This document shows, piece after piece, positions 58,446-64,000 of a stretch of 64,000 nucleotides of DNA. The stretch lies in assembly GCF_009914755.1 (NCBI RefSeq), contig NC_060927.1; one strand, 5' to 3'. A model generated the notes under the pieces. It saw nothing but the letters and a program-made list of their open reading frames with translations, ran no database searches and had not been told where the DNA came from. Numbering within the stretch: position 1 is the first letter of the stretch; every line of letters begins with the position of its first letter. Made by a program: the position numbers and the translations under genes. The DNA comes from the human T2T-CHM13v2.0 reference genome, Homo sapiens.

Positions 58446-61400
58446 AACATAAATAGAATAAAATCAATTTCCTGAACTGGAAAATGCAGATAATAGTCTC
58501 TGATAAGTAGCTTAGGCAGGTAAAAATACCTAAAATAATAAAGCAGAACATACAGCTGTGTGTCTGGTATGTTTCGGAGGCCCAATGTTTTCCGTTGGGT
58601 TTATTTACCAGTACTTTAGTCCACTTGAATACTTAGTTTACATAATCCTGAAAATACAATTGAGAATTTTATTCTCTGCTTAATTACCAGGGTTGATGTT
58701 GTGGATCTAATGAAATAATGCATATGAAATGACTTGAATATTGCAAAGTACCATACACATGTAACTGTTGTTATGATTTTCCTTGCAACTTAGGTGGAAG
58801 CTATTTCCTATTTCAAAACTTTATGATCGGGGAAAAGTAATCCCAAAGGACCTAGAAATAAGTCGTATGCAGTCAAAACATGAGAAAATGGTTGTAATTT
58901 TACTCAGACACTATCAAGATGCAACAACCTGCATATGTGAGCAATGTTTCTTAGAAAGGCTCAGAACACTTTACCATTTTCTGTTGTGTTCACCACCTAG
59001 AAAAAAAAAAACGGTTACAGAAGAGATTTCTGCAATTTAAGGAAGAATTTCTAAGATTGTCAAGGTGATAAAACCCCAGCAAGGATTATTGAATTAAGTT
59101 CTTGAGACTCCTTCCCAGGAGAACTTCAAGATGAGAACAGGCATCTATCTGTCCTACATGGCTCAGACATTTAACTGCTGGAGGGCAAGTTAAAGGCTTC
59201 CTGCCGGACTAGATGAGTCGTCAAGGTCCCTTCTAGCTCATTCATTTCTTATTCACCAATTATATTCCAACTGACAACCTTCCAGTTTTTTAAAGGGACT
59301 CACCATATTTCTTAAATTACAACTCATTGCTAAACTTTAAAATCATTGCCATTGATTACACTTTATATAGGATACACAGAAAATAGATGTAATGATCTGT
59401 AGCTAGATTTGACCTACAGCTTGCGGGTTAATGTGTAGGGAGAGTGGGAAAGGTGACTCTATCTGATGATTCACTACATGTAGAAATTCCATGATATAAA
59501 ACCTGAAGTGACAGAAACCATTGCCATCCCATGATAATAATTTTCTTGGGGTTTACTTTGTGGTTCAATGTCCAGGTCAGACATGATGACATTTTAGCAG
59601 GGATTTTTTTGTGTTTGGAATATTTTCTTTGTTGTTTTTTTTTTCTTACTTTCATAACTAATTTCCCTTGAAAGGGTATGACTTGGATCTGACTTGTTCT
59701 GAATTTTACGCTACAATAAAACATGTTAGGGAGAAACTTCTGTGTCTCTGACAGCCTGTCCTCTAAAAGACATCTCAACATGTTAACTGATGAACCAAAA
59801 TGCCACAACCTTGAGAAGAAATTAACTCAGAGTTATTCATCTTCGAAATCCATGTTTTAGGTGGTTTCCATGGTGACTCCCTGGCTAGCAGCATCTTTGT
59901 CTACCAGATGTCTTATTGTTCAACAGCTCATCTGTCTTCAGAGTTTAAGGTTTGAAAACTGAAGTCCAAGCAGAACACTTTCTCTAAATATCACAGAGAA
60001 GGGGGAAAAAGACAATAAAATCATTAGAATGTTTAACGGACATAAGATGGGAATGGCGAGCAGAGACATTGTTCTGCCATGGTCCAAATCAGTGCATGAC
60101 AAATGATTTAGGTTTTCATTGGGTTCTGAGGGCATAAATATGTTATAATAATGAAAGAAGGCTTAATTATACTTAAAACAGAACTCCTACTCACTTGGCA
60201 AATTTTATCTCCCTATTGGCTCCACGATATATTAGTTCACATGGTAAGCCACTTACTTCTATCAAGTCCTGATTGTTGCAAGACAATCTGCAAGTTGATA
60301 TATGAAAGTAACTTCAATTCAGAGGCTTTTTTTTTTTCTTGAAGAAATGAGAGTAAGTGGCTGCTAAAAAGATTGTACTTATATATTGGCTTCCACGTCT
60401 AAAGTTCTGAAAACATCCTGGAACAAAGTCACTCACTCTGTTATGTTTTAATTCGGTACCAATTATGACTGGCCATGCTTCAACATTGTATTCCAAAATG
60501 AGAAAACAAGCAACAGTAATGATAACCAAAAAGGTTGGAAGCAGTGTAGGGCCAGGTGTGAAGCTGAAGAAAAAGGCTGAAAACCAAAGCTCTGATCCTA
60601 GGGTTCCTGTTCAGTGAAGTGCCTGGTTTGTGTGAAGGCAAGCTGGAAAGAGCCATGCTAGGCTGGGCTCACTTGTCCACATTCCTCATGGAACAGCCAA
60701 GGAAACTAAGATCTAGTGAGATAAGTAAATTATTCAAGGTGACAAAAATTGGTTGTGTGACTGAAATCAGACTTAGGATCAGTGATTTCCCAGTTCACGT
60801 AGGTGGAAATAGGTGATAGAGGTTAAGTGATTCGTACAATATTACCCAGATCTCTAGAATGTAGTTTTCAAAACCATGCCCATAAACTGTAGTTCTGTTT
60901 TGCTTTTTAATGATCACCAGCATTGACTAGTAAACCTCTCTCCCAACCTACTCCACCCCAAATTGTCTTTTCCTTGTTCTTGGAGCCGACTTTGAGACTC
61001 AACCCCTTTCATGCTGAGCTAAATATCAAATATGTGAAAGATGATAACATCCACTAACTATGTTTAAAAGACAAGTTTCAATTTCATTGACTTTCTAGCC
61101 AATGCTACCTGTTAAGTCAATTGCACAAGAGGGATTTGCCAATCGTCTACCATGTATGTGTAGGGAGGGCATGGTGCAGAGCAAAACCATGTACAAAACA
61201 GTCATCGCCCCCTCAGAAAGTTGACACTGTAGCTGATAGAAAAATGAACTGTCCCATAACAAGATGGAATGGTATGCTGTCCCCATATTACAACCTCATG
61301 TGAAAAGATAACACAGTTTGCTAAGAGTTTTTCATGGACGATCAAACTAAGAAGAGATAAATTTCAGCTAGAGTAAGAAAGATAAGACGGTGGGAAACAA

Positions 61401-62800
61401 TGAACGACATTAGATCCTGGAAGAGGAACTGCATTTGGAGGAAGAAAGGAGAGTGAGGAATATTTTTATCTATAAACTTGAGATTCTTACCTCATAGGGT
61501 TATGATGAGAATTAATTCGGAAAATTATATAAACCATTTAGCACCTTGCTTATCATGTTAAAAAATCATGTAAAAATAAATGTCATTTTTATTATTTAAT
61601 GATCCATACAGAGTTGGGGTGGAAAGAATATTATAGAAAGAATCTAAAGTTCTTGGTTCTTAATCCAGTAGCAAACAGAGTAAAATAGGAATATCATCTA
61701 ATATTGCAGGATTTATTTTATCATTGATGAAATGAAAGATTTAGCTAAAATGATCTCTGGGATCCATTTTCACTCATAAATTCTATGATTCTGGGACACC
61801 AAATAAATGTTTTATTCGTCTATATTTGCCCACGATATGCATTTTTTAGACCCACAGGGAATTTTTTCTGAATCGTGGACTCAGAACCAGTTAAGTGCAT
61901 GACTGACACAACACATGAACTTTGAACAATTACATTCAAACATCAGGACAGTCTTTGTTAACATCGCCAACTCTCTTCCTTATTACCAGTAAGTTTTTTT
62001 TTTTATTCGCTGTGTAAGGGCGATTAATTCACATTTCTTATAAAGTTGTACAATACAAATTGCATAAGAAAATAAATGACTCTTTTCTATTACTTGGTGG
62101 AAAAAGTTGATTTATAGTCCCTGAGAGAAAGAACTAAGGAAGAGAGTTAAAATTCCATTTACTATATGAGATTTTTAAAGATCTAGCACTCATGCATGTT
62201 GTGAAAATACTAAGTATCTCAAATAATGTGTGAGATTCTCCTTAGAGGTAAGGTTTTATATTGTCAAGACATTTTTTCTTTTATTTTTTCTATTGAGTTA
62301 CTGTCTTTATGCTTTACTTGTACCTCATACTATAAATTAAAAGATTAGTGTTCGGTGTCATTGCATTAATGAAGATTATTATTTACAACAATAGCTAGAA
62401 AGTGATTGGAGGTTTAAGTCCAGTAACTTGAGCAATTAAAACCCTTGTAGATTCCTATGAGGTTTAAAAAATACATGTTGTTAAGGGAAACCTATGTACT
62501 CAAGAAAGATAGTTATTGCTAGTGTACCTTCTTCAGGAAACCAAAAATGTCTCTCATCAAAAACGGCTTCTGGAAAAGACTGGAGTTTTATTAACATCTT
62601 AGTATAGATTTAAAGAAATGAATCTCTTCTCCTAACAACTAGATTTCAATCCTCTTTTCAGATTCTCTAATCATAAAAGCTAAACATCATAAAATAATTG
62701 AAGACTAAGTGATAATTATAATGAACACCCGCCATTTTACCCACCTACTCTTTCTCTTTTTCTCATGCATTTCTCTTCTCTCTGTAAAAGTAAAAGCACT

Positions 62801-63162
<362 letters not shown>

Positions 63163-63489
63163 TGGCACTTACTTTTCTCTGGGGAACTGCCCCTCTATGT
63201 TTCAGTGTATCCCTTTTGGAAATGTCAACTGCAGTGACTTGCCTCTTCATCCTAACTTCTGGCCAATCAGTGTGGGCTATTGACCTAGACATGAATGATG
63301 ACACTTGTTTTCCCTGAAAGTTGGGTCTTGAGCAAAGTGACACACAATTAAAAATCTGGATGGAGAGTTATTTTGGGTTTTGAGACTGCCAAAGACTTCC
63401 TGCAATGAAGATCTGCACTCTGAACTTCTGAGCTGCTTTGGTTCCCATCTTTCCTGTGGCTGGGTCCCTCCCTCTCTCTGTTTTTCCTG

Positions 63490-64000
63490 TGAGCACAGAT
63501 GACTACATTGGTGAATTCAATCAAACATTTAAAGAAGACATAATACCAGTTGTAACTGTATTCGGACAACAGAGTGTATGTGAACATTTCCCACCTCATT
63601 TGATAAGGTCATTATATCAGATATTAAAGGGGAGAGAAATACATATACTTTCTGCTATATATAAAAATAAATCTTTTTTTATATATAGTGTTGATAAACA
63701 GATATAAATGTATGTACTATAATATAGATATAAAAGAAAAAAACTACATACCAATATCACTCATGAACATAGATACAAATTTTTTTAATTATAAGCACGT
63801 AGTATCTACAGACATATATATCATAAATATATCTATGGAATATATGGAATAATGCACTATAACCAAACAAAAAATGCAAGATTGAATATTTTAAATTCAG
63901 TCAATGTAATCACCCCATTAACAAAAAAAAAGACAGAAAAACCATATTATTTGAATAGATGCTAAAAAAGCATTTGATAAAATTCAACACATATTTATAT
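63490..64000 (+). mobile_element. Old L1M ORF2 fragment running off the window end
   Basis: GGTGAATTCAATCAAACATTTAAAGAAGA...CCAATATCACTCATGAACATAGAT...ATAGATGCTAAAAAAGCATTTGATAAAATTCAACA, visibly homologous to 21270-21690 of the young L1. Confidence 0.8.

Overview
Primate (very probably human, 3p26.3) genomic DNA. It carries the 3' half of the contactin-6 gene (CNTN6/NB-3) on the + strand. Eleven GT-AG coding exons from 2631 to the stop at 33750 splice in a consistent frame. They encode the last Ig domain, four FN3 repeats and the GPI-anchor tail (...HCFAIQPLI*), followed by a short 3'UTR. About 30 kb of gene-free, repeat-rich DNA follows. The largest intron (16131-31764) holds a full-length but inactivated sense-oriented L1PA2-like LINE-1 with a 17-bp TSD. 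It also holds an antisense processed pseudogene of CRB3, copied from the minor CLPI-ending splice form. The most unusual structure is at 163-782: a single L1 insertion bounded by a 17-20-bp TSD that combines a twin-priming 5' inversion, two poly(A) tails and about 360 bp of 3'-transduced non-L1 DNA. That transduced DNA itself contains an apparent poly(A)-only insertion. I see no evidence of a genuinely new biological system; the notable items are retrotransposition-derived architectures and their possible effects on CNTN6. Repeat subfamily names come from recall of consensus sequences and need RepeatMasker/Dfam confirmation.
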